Shown here piece after piece: positions 23,500 through 32,970 of a stretch of 64,000 bases of DNA (position 1 is its first letter; each line of letters begins with the position of its first letter). This stretch comes from an uncultured Planctomycetia bacterium. Its GTDB lineage: Bacteria > Planctomycetota > UBA8108. Under the pieces are notes generated by a model. It was not told the DNA's origin. It saw only the letters and a program-made list of their open reading frames with translations, and did no database searches. The DNA is taken from the NCBI GenBank assembly GCA_964615885.1, contig CAZTRG010000281.1:66535-130534 (forward strand), written 5' to 3'. The position numbers and the translations under genes were made by a program.

Positions 23500-24486
23500 A
23501 TGTCTCCAATCTACCTCGGCGTCGATATCGGCGGAACGACCTCCAGCGTCTGTGCTGCCGATGAGCAGGGCCGGCTGCTTGGAGAGTTCACCCTGCCTAG
23601 CGGCAAGGGAGAAAAGGGCTGGGAAGGGACCGTCCAGCGATTGATCGGTCACGCCGGAGAGCTCGTCGAGCCGGGTGCTGCGCCACGGGCCGTCGGGATC
23701 TCCTGCGGCTCACCCATGGACCGGGAGGCCGGGGTCATCCAGGAACCTGCAAACCTTCCCGGCTGGCAGGATGTTCCCATCGTGAACATCTGGCAGGAGG
23801 CCTTCCCCGGGGCCGCGGTTCATCTCGAAAACGATGCCAATGCCGGGGCGCTGGCGGAATATTACCTTGGCGCCGGGCGGCGGCAGCGGCCCGCCAACAT
23901 GGCCTTCCTTACCTTCGGAACCGGGCTCGGTGCCGGCCTGGTCCTCAACGGACAGCTCTACAGGGGAACCTCGAATTATGCCGGGGAGATTGGACACATC
24001 CGGCTGGAGAAGGATGGCCCCGTCGGCTGCGGAAAGGCCGGCAGCTGGGAGGGCTTCTGCTCCGGCGGCGGCATCGAACAGCTGGCAGCGGCCAGGCGCG
24101 AGAGCTGGCCGGGGGAGACCTGCCTCGGCAAAGAGAGAATCACTGCAGCCGATGTCGGCCATGGCGCGCTCGAAGGCGATGAGCTCTGCCTCGAGATCCT
24201 CTCTGGCTCCGGCAGCTACCTGGGCCGGGGCCTGGCAATCCTGGTCGACATCCTCAACCTGGAGCTGATCGTGATCGGCTCCATTTTCGCCCGCTGTGAA
24301 AAATTTCTACGGCCCGCGATGGAGGCCGCCCTGCAGCAGGAAGCCCGCAGCGAAACGCTCAACTGCTGCAGGATCGTACCGGCCGCCCTGGGCGAAGAGA
24401 TCGGGCTCTACGCATCCCTGTGCGTCGCTTACCACGGAGAGTCCACCCTTGAGGCAGGCGCCGGCGCCGCAGACACGGAAGATTGA
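23500..24486 (+). CDS. ROK family sugar kinase/regulator-like protein (glucokinase-like)
   Basis: MSPIYLGVDIGGTT ATP-binding start with ROK-type Cys/His cluster (HIRLEKDGPVGCGKAGSWEGFCSGG). The ORF track begins at an upstream TTG at 23269; the internal ATG is near 23500. Confidence 0.8.
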   Translation: MSPIYLGVDIGGTTSSVCAADEQGRLLGEFTLPSGKGEKGWEGTVQRLIGHAGELVEPGAAPRAVGISCGSPMDREAGVIQEPANLPGWQDVPIVNIWQEAFPGAAVHLENDANAGALAEYYLGAGRRQRPANMAFLTFGTGLGAGLVLNGQLYRGTSNYAGEIGHIRLEKDGPVGCGKAGSWEGFCSGGGIEQLAAARRESWPGETCLGKERITAADVGHGALEGDELCLEILSGSGSYLGRGLAILVDILNLELIVIGSIFARCEKFLRPAMEAALQQEARSETLNCCRIVPAALGEEIGLYASLCVAYHGESTLEAGAGAADTED

Positions 24487-24494
24487 AAGCCGGC

Positions 24495-25541
24495 CTAATC
24501 CCCTGTTTGCAGCTTTTCAGCCGCCCGGCGCAGTGTTCCCGGGCTGGAAGGCGCGCCCTTGCGTTCATCCCCTGCAGCATCCGGCACGACAGGTGCTGAG
24601 GAGCTGCCGATTTCCTTCAGCAGCCCGTGATCGATGGAGATGTCTCGTCCCTTCCGCAACCCATTGTAAAATTCCTGCCGCGCCTTGTCCTTCGCCCGCC
24701 GCAGAAGAAACTCCTTTACCGCAGTCCGAACGGCCGGGAGCGGCCGAAGCTGCGAAGGCCGGAGCTCCATCAACCTGCCCAGGTACAGGACTCCGGGAGT
24801 CTCGACAACAGGAGTCAGCCCCCCAGGCTCATCGAGCTCCAGGACCGCCTCCTGCAGAGCGGGAGGAAGCCCTGCGGCACCCTCCCTCCGGATGATCCAG
24901 CCGACATCTCCACCGGCCTGCCGGGTCCTCTTGTCATCGGAATACCTGGCTGCCAGGTCTCCAAAACCAGCCACACCCTCAGGCAGCTCCCGCGCCTCCT
25001 CGAGAGCGGCCCCGGCCTTCTCCAGCAGGGCAAGCCGGCCCTCTTCGCCGGTTCCCGGGGGAACCCCGATGGAGATCACCGCCACCCTTGCCATCTCATG
25101 GGTCCGGTACAGGTCGAGGTTTCCCTCGTAGTGGCTCGAGATCTGCTCCTCGCTGATCTCCACCCCCTCCAGCAGTGGCTTCAGGTTGCGGGCAAGATAA
25201 CTGCTGACCAGCGCCTGTCGCAGGAGGCGCTCCACCTCCGGGCTCTTGTCATAACCGTCCTCGAGCGCCTGCAGGAAAACCAGCTCCTCATCCACCAGGT
25301 GGCGAAGAATGTCATCGGACCTGTCGGTGCCCGGGTAGATCCGGGGGAGTTTTTCGGCCCCCCTGGCCAGGGCCTCCTTGAACTCCTCCTCGGTCACCGC
25401 AGCCTCATCGATGCGGGCAAGAACCCGGCCCTTCTCGCGCCTTGCTTCGCCGCCACCGTCGCAGCAAACACCTCCCAGGAGAAGGAGAAGAGCGGCACTG
25501 AAGGCCCAGGGGTAGCTCGTTCGAGGTGTCATTTTTATCAT
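24495..25541 (-). CDS. Parvulin-type peptidyl-prolyl isomerase / SurA-like periplasmic chaperone
   Basis: Signal sequence, SurA-like N-terminal domain and PpiC-type region (GDVGWIIRREGAAGLPPALQEAV). Start chosen among internal Met codons and uncertain. Confidence 0.6.
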   Translation of the reverse strand: MIKMTPRTSYPWAFSAALLLLLGGVCCDGGGEARREKGRVLARIDEAAVTEEEFKEALARGAEKLPRIYPGTDRSDDILRHLVDEELVFLQALEDGYDKSPEVERLLRQALVSSYLARNLKPLLEGVEISEEQISSHYEGNLDLYRTHEMARVAVISIGVPPGTGEEGRLALLEKAGAALEEARELPEGVAGFGDLAARYSDDKRTRQAGGDVGWIIRREGAAGLPPALQEAVLELDEPGGLTPVVETPGVLYLGRLMELRPSQLRPLPAVRTAVKEFLLRRAKDKARQEFYNGLRKGRDISIDHGLLKEIGSSSAPVVPDAAGDERKGAPSSPGTLRRAAEKLQTGD

Positions 25542-25833
25542 CTTAATCACAGGCCCATTCAGAATGCCACTGTCGCCGCCGCCGCTGCCGGGAAGGCCGG
25601 CTTGCGAAAGCTCCAATGACCGCTTTACAGGTACTCAGCTATTCTTTTTTCGCCCAGTACCGCCGAGTTCTTGACCACGTTTTTTTTTTCGGCCCTTAGC
25701 CCCGGGTCGGCAACAGCCCTGGACCCCGCAGGAGCCTGATTCCCACTGGAAATCCCCCTGCCGGAGTTCTATCCTCAGCGCTCCTGAGAGCAGCTTCACT
25801 GCTCTTTGAAATAAAACGGGACAAAGAGCCGCC

Positions 25834-27090
25834 ATGGATCCCAGTAAAACAGCCCCCACCACCAGAGAATTCTCCATAAATGGCCGGACCTACCGGCCGC
25901 CTGCACGCCCCCTGGTGGTGATCTGCATTGATGGTTGCGCTGACGAATACCTTGACGCCTCACTTGCACAGGGGCGCATGCCGGTCCTGGCACGTCTTCT
26001 TGCCGCGGGCGCCTACCGTGCGATGGCCCGTGGAGCCCTGCCTTCCTTCACCAACGTCAACAACTCATCAATTGCAACCGGCACCCCCCCCTCTGTTCAC
26101 GGGATCAGCGGTAATTTCTTCCTCGATCCGGAATCCGGTGAGGAGGTCATGATGAATTCCCCATCTTATCTGCGCTGCGGAACCATCCTGGCTGCCGCCG
26201 CCAGGGCCGGCCGAAAGGTCGCCATGGTCACGGCCAAGGAGAAGCTCAGAGACATTCTCTCCCATGAGCTCGAGGGAATCGCCTTCTCAGCGGAAAAGGC
26301 CGACCAGGCAGAAGAGGAGACCCACGGCATCTCAGGGGTAGAGGAGCTGGTGGGAGAGCCGGCCCCTGAGATCTACAGCGCGGCGGCCAGCCTCTTCGTT
26401 CTCAAGGCAGGGGCGGCGCTTATCGAGCACGGCAAGGCCGACTTCCTCTACCTCTCGCTGACCGATTACATGCAGCATAAATTCACGCCCGAAGATCCCG
26501 AGTCGCTTGATTTTCATGCAGACATCGACCTGCAGCTCGGAAGACTCCTCGAGCTCGGTGCCATCGTCGGCGCGACGGCAGACCATGGAATGAACGCCAA
26601 GCAGACCCCGGCAGGCGACCCCAAGGTCATCTACCTCCAGAGCCTCCTGCAGGAGGAGCTCGGAGACGGGGTCAAGGTCATCCTGCCGATCACCGATCCC
26701 TATGTGCTCCACCACGGAGCCCTGGGCTCACTGGCCTGCATACACCTGCCGGAATCTGCCGACAGCCGCGCAGTCATCTCCCGCCTGCTGAAGCTCGATG
26801 GCGTCACCGAAGCCTATGGGCGGCAGCTGGCCGCGGAAAAACTCGAGCTGCCTGCAGACCGCATCGGCGACATTGTTGTCCTCTCAGGCCGAGATGTCGT
26901 CCTTGGCAAAACTCCGGAGGATCATGACCTCGATGCTGTGAAGGATGGCCTGCGCTCCCACGGTGGGCGCTACGAGGAGATGGTGCCCTTCCTGCTTTCA
27001 GAAAAAATTACCGACGAGTATTCCCGCAGGGCCGGAGACCTGCGAAACTTCGACATATTCGAGTTCACCAGCAACGGGAGCCAGACATGA
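25834..27090 (+). CDS. phnA: Phosphonoacetate hydrolase PhnA (alkaline-phosphatase superfamily)
   Basis: VVICIDGCADEYL…LPSFTNVNNSSIATGTPPSVHGISGNFFLDPESGEEVMMN blocks match my recollection of the P. fluorescens PhnA N-terminus. ~410-aa size. Followed by phnY and phnW. Confidence 0.8.
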   Translation: MDPSKTAPTTREFSINGRTYRPPARPLVVICIDGCADEYLDASLAQGRMPVLARLLAAGAYRAMARGALPSFTNVNNSSIATGTPPSVHGISGNFFLDPESGEEVMMNSPSYLRCGTILAAAARAGRKVAMVTAKEKLRDILSHELEGIAFSAEKADQAEEETHGISGVEELVGEPAPEIYSAAASLFVLKAGAALIEHGKADFLYLSLTDYMQHKFTPEDPESLDFHADIDLQLGRLLELGAIVGATADHGMNAKQTPAGDPKVIYLQSLLQEELGDGVKVILPITDPYVLHHGALGSLACIHLPESADSRAVISRLLKLDGVTEAYGRQLAAEKLELPADRIGDIVVLSGRDVVLGKTPEDHDLDAVKDGLRSHGGRYEEMVPFLLSEKITDEYSRRAGDLRNFDIFEFTSNGSQT

Positions 27091-28502
27091 ACGATTACCC
27101 CTGCTACATTGCCGGGAGGGCGGTTTCAAGCGATGAGAAACTGTCCGTCTATAACCCCTATACAGGAGAGGTCGCCGGCACCGTCGCCAGCCTGGGGAAA
27201 GCTGAAACCATCGAGGCGATCGAAGCAGCCCTCAAAGGCGGCGAGCCCCTGACCCGCTACCAGCGCTATGAAATCCTCGACAAGGCCCGGCGCATGCTTA
27301 CCGAAAGAGCAGAGGAGTTCTCTACGCTCATCACGCAGGAGGCCGGGCTCTGTCTCAAGGAGACGACCTACGAGGTCGGCCGGGGCCATGACGTGCTGCA
27401 GTTTTCCGCTATGGAGGCACTGAAGGATGACGGGGAGATCTTCTCCTGTGATGTCTCTCCACATGGGAAATCCCGCAAGATCTTCACCCTGCGCGAACCT
27501 CATAAGCTGGTTGCCGCCATTACCCCCTTCAACCATCCTCTCAACCAGGTGCTCCACAAGATCGCTCCGGCCATTGCCAGCGGCGCACCCACGATCCTGA
27601 AGCCTGCCAGCAAGACCCCGCTGGTTGCCGTAAAGATCACCGAGCTGCTCTACGAGGCAGGCCTGCCGGGCTGGATGTTAAGCGTACTTGTCGGGCCGAC
27701 CTCCGAGGTGGCCGACACGCTGGTCACCGATCCCCGCGTCGAGGTGGTGAGCTTCACCGGCGGCGAGAAGGTTGGGAAGCTGATCGCTGAGCGGGCCGGA
27801 TATAAGAAGCTGGTTCTCGAGCTGGGCGGCAACTCGCCCCTGATCATCCTGGAGGACGCCGACCTTGATCTCGCCGTCAACCTGGCGGCCGAGGGTTGCT
27901 TCCGGAATTCGGGCCAGCGCTGCACAGCGGTAAAGCGGCTCCTGGTACATGAAGAGATCCTCGAAGAGTTCACCACGCGTTTCACAGCGGAAGCCGCCAA
28001 GTACAATTATGGTGATCCCAGCGACCCCGAAACCCGGGTTGGGACGGTTATTGACGAAGAGGCCGCCATCTATCTCGAGAACGTCGTCAAGGACGCCGTC
28101 GCCGCGGGCGCCAGGGTCCTCCTCGGCGGAGAACGCGATGGCGCATTGCTGGCTCCGACAGTGATTGCCGATGTGCCGCGCGATGCCGACATCGTGGTCA
28201 AGGAGTCCTTCGGACCTCTCGCGCCCATCATGGCCATCAGCGACATCGAAGATGCCATCGATCTCGCCAACTCGACGGCCTACGGCCTCTCCTCGGGAAT
28301 CGTAACCAGCGACATGAAACGGGCGATCCAGGCGGTCAAGGGAATCCAGACCGGAACCGTCAATATCAACCAGGTGCCGGGCTACCGGATCGAGTGCTCG
28401 CCATTCGGCGGCGTCAAGGATTCGGGACTCGGAGTCAAGGAAGGTGTCATCGAGGCCATGAAGGGCACGACCTACGTGAAGACCTTCTCGATGCCCTGGT
28501 AG
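27087..28502 (+). CDS. phnY: Aldehyde dehydrogenase, probable phosphonoacetaldehyde dehydrogenase PhnY
   Basis: ALDH superfamily (catalytic Cys in GQRCTA, ELGGNSP). ATGA start/stop overlap with phnA. Sits between phnA and phnW. Confidence 0.7.
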   Translation: MNDYPCYIAGRAVSSDEKLSVYNPYTGEVAGTVASLGKAETIEAIEAALKGGEPLTRYQRYEILDKARRMLTERAEEFSTLITQEAGLCLKETTYEVGRGHDVLQFSAMEALKDDGEIFSCDVSPHGKSRKIFTLREPHKLVAAITPFNHPLNQVLHKIAPAIASGAPTILKPASKTPLVAVKITELLYEAGLPGWMLSVLVGPTSEVADTLVTDPRVEVVSFTGGEKVGKLIAERAGYKKLVLELGGNSPLIILEDADLDLAVNLAAEGCFRNSGQRCTAVKRLLVHEEILEEFTTRFTAEAAKYNYGDPSDPETRVGTVIDEEAAIYLENVVKDAVAAGARVLLGGERDGALLAPTVIADVPRDADIVVKESFGPLAPIMAISDIEDAIDLANSTAYGLSSGIVTSDMKRAIQAVKGIQTGTVNINQVPGYRIECSPFGGVKDSGLGVKEGVIEAMKGTTYVKTFSMPW

Positions 28503-28523
28503 GAACAAGGAGGCAAAGCCGAC

Positions 28524-29663
28524 ATGACCACCCCCGAGCAGAACAGTGGGAGAAAAGAAAAGCTCCTCTTTACCCCCGGCCCGCTGACGACCAGCGAGCC
28601 GGTCAAGCAGGCTATGTTGAGAGACCTCGGCTCACGCGACACGGCATTTATCGCCACCATCGGTAAGATCCGTAACGGGCTCCTCGGGCTTGCCGGGCTC
28701 TCACAGGAACAAGGTTATGAGTGCGTGCTCATGCAGGGGAGCGGCACCTTCGGGGTTGAAGCGGTTATCGGCTCTGCCATCAGCCCCGGCGGCAAGCTGC
28801 TGGTGGTCATCAATGGTGCCTACGGTGAACGCATCCTGAAGATTGCGGAGGTGCTGGGGATTGAGTGCGCGGCCCTGCGCTGCGAGGAAAACAGGAAAAC
28901 CGATCCAGCTGAGGTGGCCGCCTGCCTGCAGGAGGATGAGAAGATCTCTGCCGTAGCCATCGTCCATTGTGAAACAACCACCGGGATCATCAACCCTGTG
29001 GAGGAAACCGGCTCGATCGTCCGCGCGGCCGGAAAGACCTACATCGTCGATGCGATGAGCAGCTTTGGAGCGGTTGAGCTCGATGTCCTGCCCGCAGAGA
29101 TCGACTTCCTGGTCTCCTCCGCCAATAAATGCATCGAGGGAGTGCCAGGATTCTCGTTCGCCATCTGCCGGGGAGAGGCGCTCAATGCCTGCGAAGGACA
29201 GGCCCGAAGCCTCAGCCTGGACCTCTTCGCTCAATGGAAAGGGCTTGAGTCCAACGGCCAGTTCCGCTTCACGCCACCTACCCACACGATCCTTGCCTTT
29301 GAGAAGGCGCTGGCGGAGCTGCACGAAGAGGGAGGCGTTGGCGGGCGCGCTGCCCGTTACCGCGGAAACTACGAAACCCTGGTACAGGGAATGAGCGAGC
29401 TGGGTTTCAAGGAATACCTGGCCCGGGAAGACCAGGGCTACATCATCACGTCCTTCCGCTACCCCTCCGACCCGGCCTTCGATTTCACCGAGTTCTACAC
29501 CCGGCTGAGTGAGAAGGACCTGGTGATCTACCCCGGCAAGGTCAGCAATGCCGACTGTTTCCGCATTGGCAACATCGGCCACATCCGGAAAGCTGATGTT
29601 GAAGACCTGCTGGCCGCTATCGCCAGTGTGCTTGAACAAATGGGCATCGAGAGCGGCGGCTGA
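28524..29663 (+). CDS. phnW: 2-aminoethylphosphonate--pyruvate transaminase PhnW (class V aminotransferase)
   Basis: LLFTPGPLTTSEPVKQAMLRDLGSRD N-terminal signature of PhnW/AGXT-type class V enzymes. PLP-Lys region SSANKCIEG. Confidence 0.8.
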   Translation: MTTPEQNSGRKEKLLFTPGPLTTSEPVKQAMLRDLGSRDTAFIATIGKIRNGLLGLAGLSQEQGYECVLMQGSGTFGVEAVIGSAISPGGKLLVVINGAYGERILKIAEVLGIECAALRCEENRKTDPAEVAACLQEDEKISAVAIVHCETTTGIINPVEETGSIVRAAGKTYIVDAMSSFGAVELDVLPAEIDFLVSSANKCIEGVPGFSFAICRGEALNACEGQARSLSLDLFAQWKGLESNGQFRFTPPTHTILAFEKALAELHEEGGVGGRAARYRGNYETLVQGMSELGFKEYLAREDQGYIITSFRYPSDPAFDFTEFYTRLSEKDLVIYPGKVSNADCFRIGNIGHIRKADVEDLLAAIASVLEQMGIESGG

Positions 29664-29693
29664 GCCTGCGTCCCTGCAGGCACAGGCAGGACA

Positions 29694-29760
29694 TAAAAAA
29701 GCCCTGATGGTCGGTCCCGTGCAGGACCACCCGCAGGTGATTATGCGGACCATCAGGGCT
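29694..29760 (-). terminator. Intrinsic-terminator-like structure oriented for a leftward (minus-strand) transcript
   Basis: 13-bp perfect inverted repeat agccctgatggtc…gaccatcagggct enclosing an inner hairpin ggtcc-cgtgca-ggacc. On the minus strand it is followed by UUUUUU (A6 at 29694-29699 on plus). Confidence 0.45.
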
Positions 29761-30408
29761 CCGGTGGTGCCTGGATCCTCCCTGACTCTCCTGAGTCCGG
29801 GGGGTACCGGCAAGCACCCTCGGGATCATCATTCAATTCAGGAGGTCACCACCTCGCTTATCACCGTAGGTTGATACATCTATTGACCACCTCCTTTCTC
29901 GACCTGTTCCTGCGAGCCCAGGACTCGCCTCTCGGCTGCAGCGGTCGATGGCTGCCTCCGGGTCCGGCAAGACGCCCGCGGCCCTTGGGCCGCAAAGGAA
30001 CGCCCTTCGGTCTGCGTTGGACCTGTACCGGTTCATACCCTCATCCTAGTGTCATCACGGTCGGTGTCAAGCAAAGCCGGCCTCACCAGGCAGGAGACTG
30101 TCGAAACTGCTCCAACAATATAAACAATCACCTAAAACATGACAGGAAAGTGGATTTTACCTGCCCGGCTGACAACAAAAGATATTCGGAACAACCAGCA
30201 GGATTTCCGGGGCTTGCCGGTTCCTGCAACCGCTTCTTCACCTCGATCGGCAAACCTTTTGGCTGTAAGCATTAACATGTACTGAACACCCGTGAATAAG
30301 GGTATTTTTTACCTCACCAGTACAATCCTTGTGATAACATGAAACAGCTAAGTCGTTGATGCTGCAGGGTCTGCGCATCATGGCTGCAATTCAAACTGAG
30401 GAGTCATC

Positions 30409-31746
30409 ATGTCTAAAGAACGCGAAGATTCATTTGCTGACGATCCGCTCGAAGAAATCAATCTGGACAATGACGATCTAGACGATCTTCTTGGAGATGG
30501 CGGCGAAGAAGATTCAAAAACTGAGTCGTCCGATGAGGCGGACGATGACCTGCTGAGCAGCGACGACCTGCTGAGCGAGGACGACCTTGAGCCTGAGGCT
30601 GCCGATGCGGAAGCCGACCAGGACAACAGTGCCGAGATCTCTGAAGAAGAGCTCGACTCCCTGCTGGCCGAGGCCGATGCTCCTGCCGAAGACAGCGAAG
30701 AAGCTGCTCCCCCCGAGGAACCGACCATCGATCTTGAAGAGTTCGAAGATGTACTCTCCGAAGACGATGGCGACGACTCCGATGCCACAGACATCCTCGG
30801 AGATGATGACTCTGCAGAGGAAGAGTACCCGGAAGTCCCGGACACCCTCCCGCAGGAGCTCATGTCAGAGCTTGAAGAAGATGCTCCGGACGCCGAGGAC
30901 TCCGAAGAAGATACCGGCGACGATGCCGGGGACCTTCTCGAAGACTCCGACGAACTCGAAGACTCCGGCGAAGAAAAAAAGAAACCCAAGGGCTTCAAGC
31001 CCAAGGGAAAATCCAAAAAAGGCAAGAAGGGCTTCGCTGCCAAAGCTAAGGCCGGCAAGGGCAAAAAAGAGCCCGCGAAGGCCGCAGCCGACCGGAAAAA
31101 ACCGGTAGCTGCCAAGAGCGGCGGCAAGACGATCGACATCATCTGCAGCGAGTGCTATTCCGTGCTGTCCCTCTCTGCCACCTGGGCCGAAGAGCTCGTC
31201 ACCTGCCCCGAATGTTTCCACGTCGGGAAGAAGCCGGATGACAGCTTTCTTCGCACCGTCAGCACTGCCAAGGCCCGCGAGGGCAAGAAAGCCAAGATGC
31301 TCGCCCTCCTGTCGATCCTGGTGATTGCCAGCTTTGCCGGGTTTGTATTCCTGAAGTCGGCCTACGGTAATGCGAACGCGATGACCGCTGCCAACAGGGC
31401 TGCAGCACAGGACGAGGTCGATTCAAAAACCTTCGCTCTTACCAACGCCAAGGTCCGCAACAGCCTGAGTAAAAGCGCGGATGAAAAGGAAGACCTTGAA
31501 CCCCTCCTGGCAAAGGTAGAGGAAGCCAACGAAGCTCTGACCAAGTATTCAGATGCGAACGCTGGAGATCGTCCAAATGACGCGTTCCAAAGGGATGACT
31601 TCTACCTCAACACGGCTACAAATGCCCACGAGGAGACGGTTAACCTCTGGGTCCAGATCTGCCTCTACGGTGGAGGGCTCTTCCTGCTCCTGCTCATCTG
31701 GCAGGCCTGTGTCTACGAAGGTAATCGCTGGGAAGCCTACTTCTGA
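30409..31746 (+). CDS. Hypothetical membrane protein: extremely acidic N-terminal region, Lys-rich basic segment, C4 zinc-ribbon, two C-terminal TM helices
   Basis: D/E-rich first ~190 aa, then KKKPKGFKPKGKSKKGKKG…. CSECYSVLSL…CPECFHVG zinc ribbon. TM helices LALLSILVIASFAGFVFL and LWVQICLYGGGLFLLLLIW. Confidence 0.6.
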   Translation: MSKEREDSFADDPLEEINLDNDDLDDLLGDGGEEDSKTESSDEADDDLLSSDDLLSEDDLEPEAADAEADQDNSAEISEEELDSLLAEADAPAEDSEEAAPPEEPTIDLEEFEDVLSEDDGDDSDATDILGDDDSAEEEYPEVPDTLPQELMSELEEDAPDAEDSEEDTGDDAGDLLEDSDELEDSGEEKKKPKGFKPKGKSKKGKKGFAAKAKAGKGKKEPAKAAADRKKPVAAKSGGKTIDIICSECYSVLSLSATWAEELVTCPECFHVGKKPDDSFLRTVSTAKAREGKKAKMLALLSILVIASFAGFVFLKSAYGNANAMTAANRAAAQDEVDSKTFALTNAKVRNSLSKSADEKEDLEPLLAKVEEANEALTKYSDANAGDRPNDAFQRDDFYLNTATNAHEETVNLWVQICLYGGGLFLLLLIWQACVYEGNRWEAYF

Positions 31747-31869
31747 GCCGGTTGCCGGTAGTTCTCCTGGTCGGCCGCGGCGGTCCCCTCTTGACCCGCC
31801 GCCCTTGAGCCCTATGGTCTTAGCTGAGGTTCTTTTCCCTGGCAGAGACCCCCTGAGTTACCGATCACG

Positions 31870-32970
31870 ATGAAGATCCGGGCAGCTGTTGTCAAAAAGA
31901 CTGGGCAACCCTTCGAGATTGAAACTCTCGACCTCGCACCTCCACGCGAAAAAGAGGTGCTGGTCAGGATTCGCGCCGCGGGAATCTGCCATAGTGACTG
32001 GAACATACGTACAGGGGAAACCGAGCATCCCCTGCCTGCGGCTGCAGGTCACGAGGGCGCAGGAATCGTCGAATCCATCGGAGAGGGAGTCACCTCGCTC
32101 AGGGCGGGCGATCACGTCGCGCTGAGCTGGGCACCGGGGTGTGGCTCCTGTTTTTACTGCTCCAGCAGACGGCCGGCCCTCTGCGAGACCTGGAAAGAGG
32201 CGCTCTGGGCAGGAACCCTCCTTGATGGAACGACCCGCCTGTCACTGAATGGCAAAGCGGTCTACCACTATTGCGCCCTGGCCTGTTTCGCCGAGTACGC
32301 GGTCGTTCCGGAGGTCTGCTGCGTCCCTGTCGACAAGAAGGTCCCGCTGAAGGTCGCGGCCTTGATCGGTTGTGCGGTCACAACCGGTCTCGGCGCATCG
32401 ATGAATACCGTCCAGGTCGAGGAGGGGGCAGCCGTGGTGATCTACGGGATGGGAGGGGTCGGACTGAGTATACTGGCCGGGGCACAGCTGGCCGGAGCAG
32501 ACCCCCTCATCTGCGTCGACCTGTGGGAAGAGAAGCTCGAGCTGGCGCGCTCCCTTGGCGCTACTGCCGCTTTCAAGGCAGATGCCGGGGTACAAGAGAA
32601 CATCCTGGCGGCAACCGCCCAGCGTGGAGCCGACTATGTTTTCGAGGCGACCGGCTCCACGGAAGTCCAGGAGTCGGCCTTCGATGCTGTTCGGCCCGGG
32701 GGAAAGCTCATCCTGGTAGGCCTCTCGGCCACAGGAACAAAAACGAATTTCCCCGGATCGGTCATTACCCGGCAGGAAAAAACCATTCTAGGCTCCTACT
32801 ACGGCTCCTGCGACCCCCACCGGGACTTTCCTCTCTACTCCACAATGTACCTTCGCGGAGAGCTCGACCTCGACAGGCTGGTATCAAAAATCTACCGCCT
32901 CGAAGAGATCAATACCGCCTACAGCGACATGCTTGAAGGAAAGACCGCACGCGGCATCATCGCCTTCTGA
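31870..32970 (+). CDS. Zinc-dependent alcohol dehydrogenase (MDR family, class III ADH-like)
   Basis: GICHSDWN, GHEGAGIVESIG, structural zinc Cys cluster CGSCFYCSSRRPALC, Rossmann motif GMGGVG. Confidence 0.9.
   Translation: MKIRAAVVKKTGQPFEIETLDLAPPREKEVLVRIRAAGICHSDWNIRTGETEHPLPAAAGHEGAGIVESIGEGVTSLRAGDHVALSWAPGCGSCFYCSSRRPALCETWKEALWAGTLLDGTTRLSLNGKAVYHYCALACFAEYAVVPEVCCVPVDKKVPLKVAALIGCAVTTGLGASMNTVQVEEGAAVVIYGMGGVGLSILAGAQLAGADPLICVDLWEEKLELARSLGATAAFKADAGVQENILAATAQRGADYVFEATGSTEVQESAFDAVRPGGKLILVGLSATGTKTNFPGSVITRQEKTILGSYYGSCDPHRDFPLYSTMYLRGELDLDRLVSKIYRLEEINTAYSDMLEGKTARGIIAF

Noticed and set aside
23440-23510. Apparent 1-nt frame inconsistency when hand-translating around 23460 relative to the ORF-track protein
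   Set aside because: It is most likely my transcription error. The ORF-track start and stop coordinates are internally consistent, so I did not report it as a frameshift or pseudogene.
29871-30275. 134-aa plus-strand ORF in the gene-free interval
   Set aside because: It has no RBS, odd composition (Cys/Pro/Arg-rich) and no domain. The interval looks RNA-structured instead.
29664-30408. Possibility that the interval encodes RNase P RNA, tmRNA or SRP RNA
   Set aside because: The universally conserved blocks are absent on both strands: GGAAAGUCCGG, the GGUGCGGUAAGAGCGCACC region, the tmRNA tRNA-like ends, and SRP GGAAGCAGCC. Only a weak CR-I-like resemblance was seen.
30378-31142. 254-aa Ser-rich minus-strand ORF
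   Set aside because: It is the antisense of the GA(C/A)-rich acidic region of the zinc-ribbon protein gene. The plus-strand ORF has the RBS, a zinc ribbon and TM helices.
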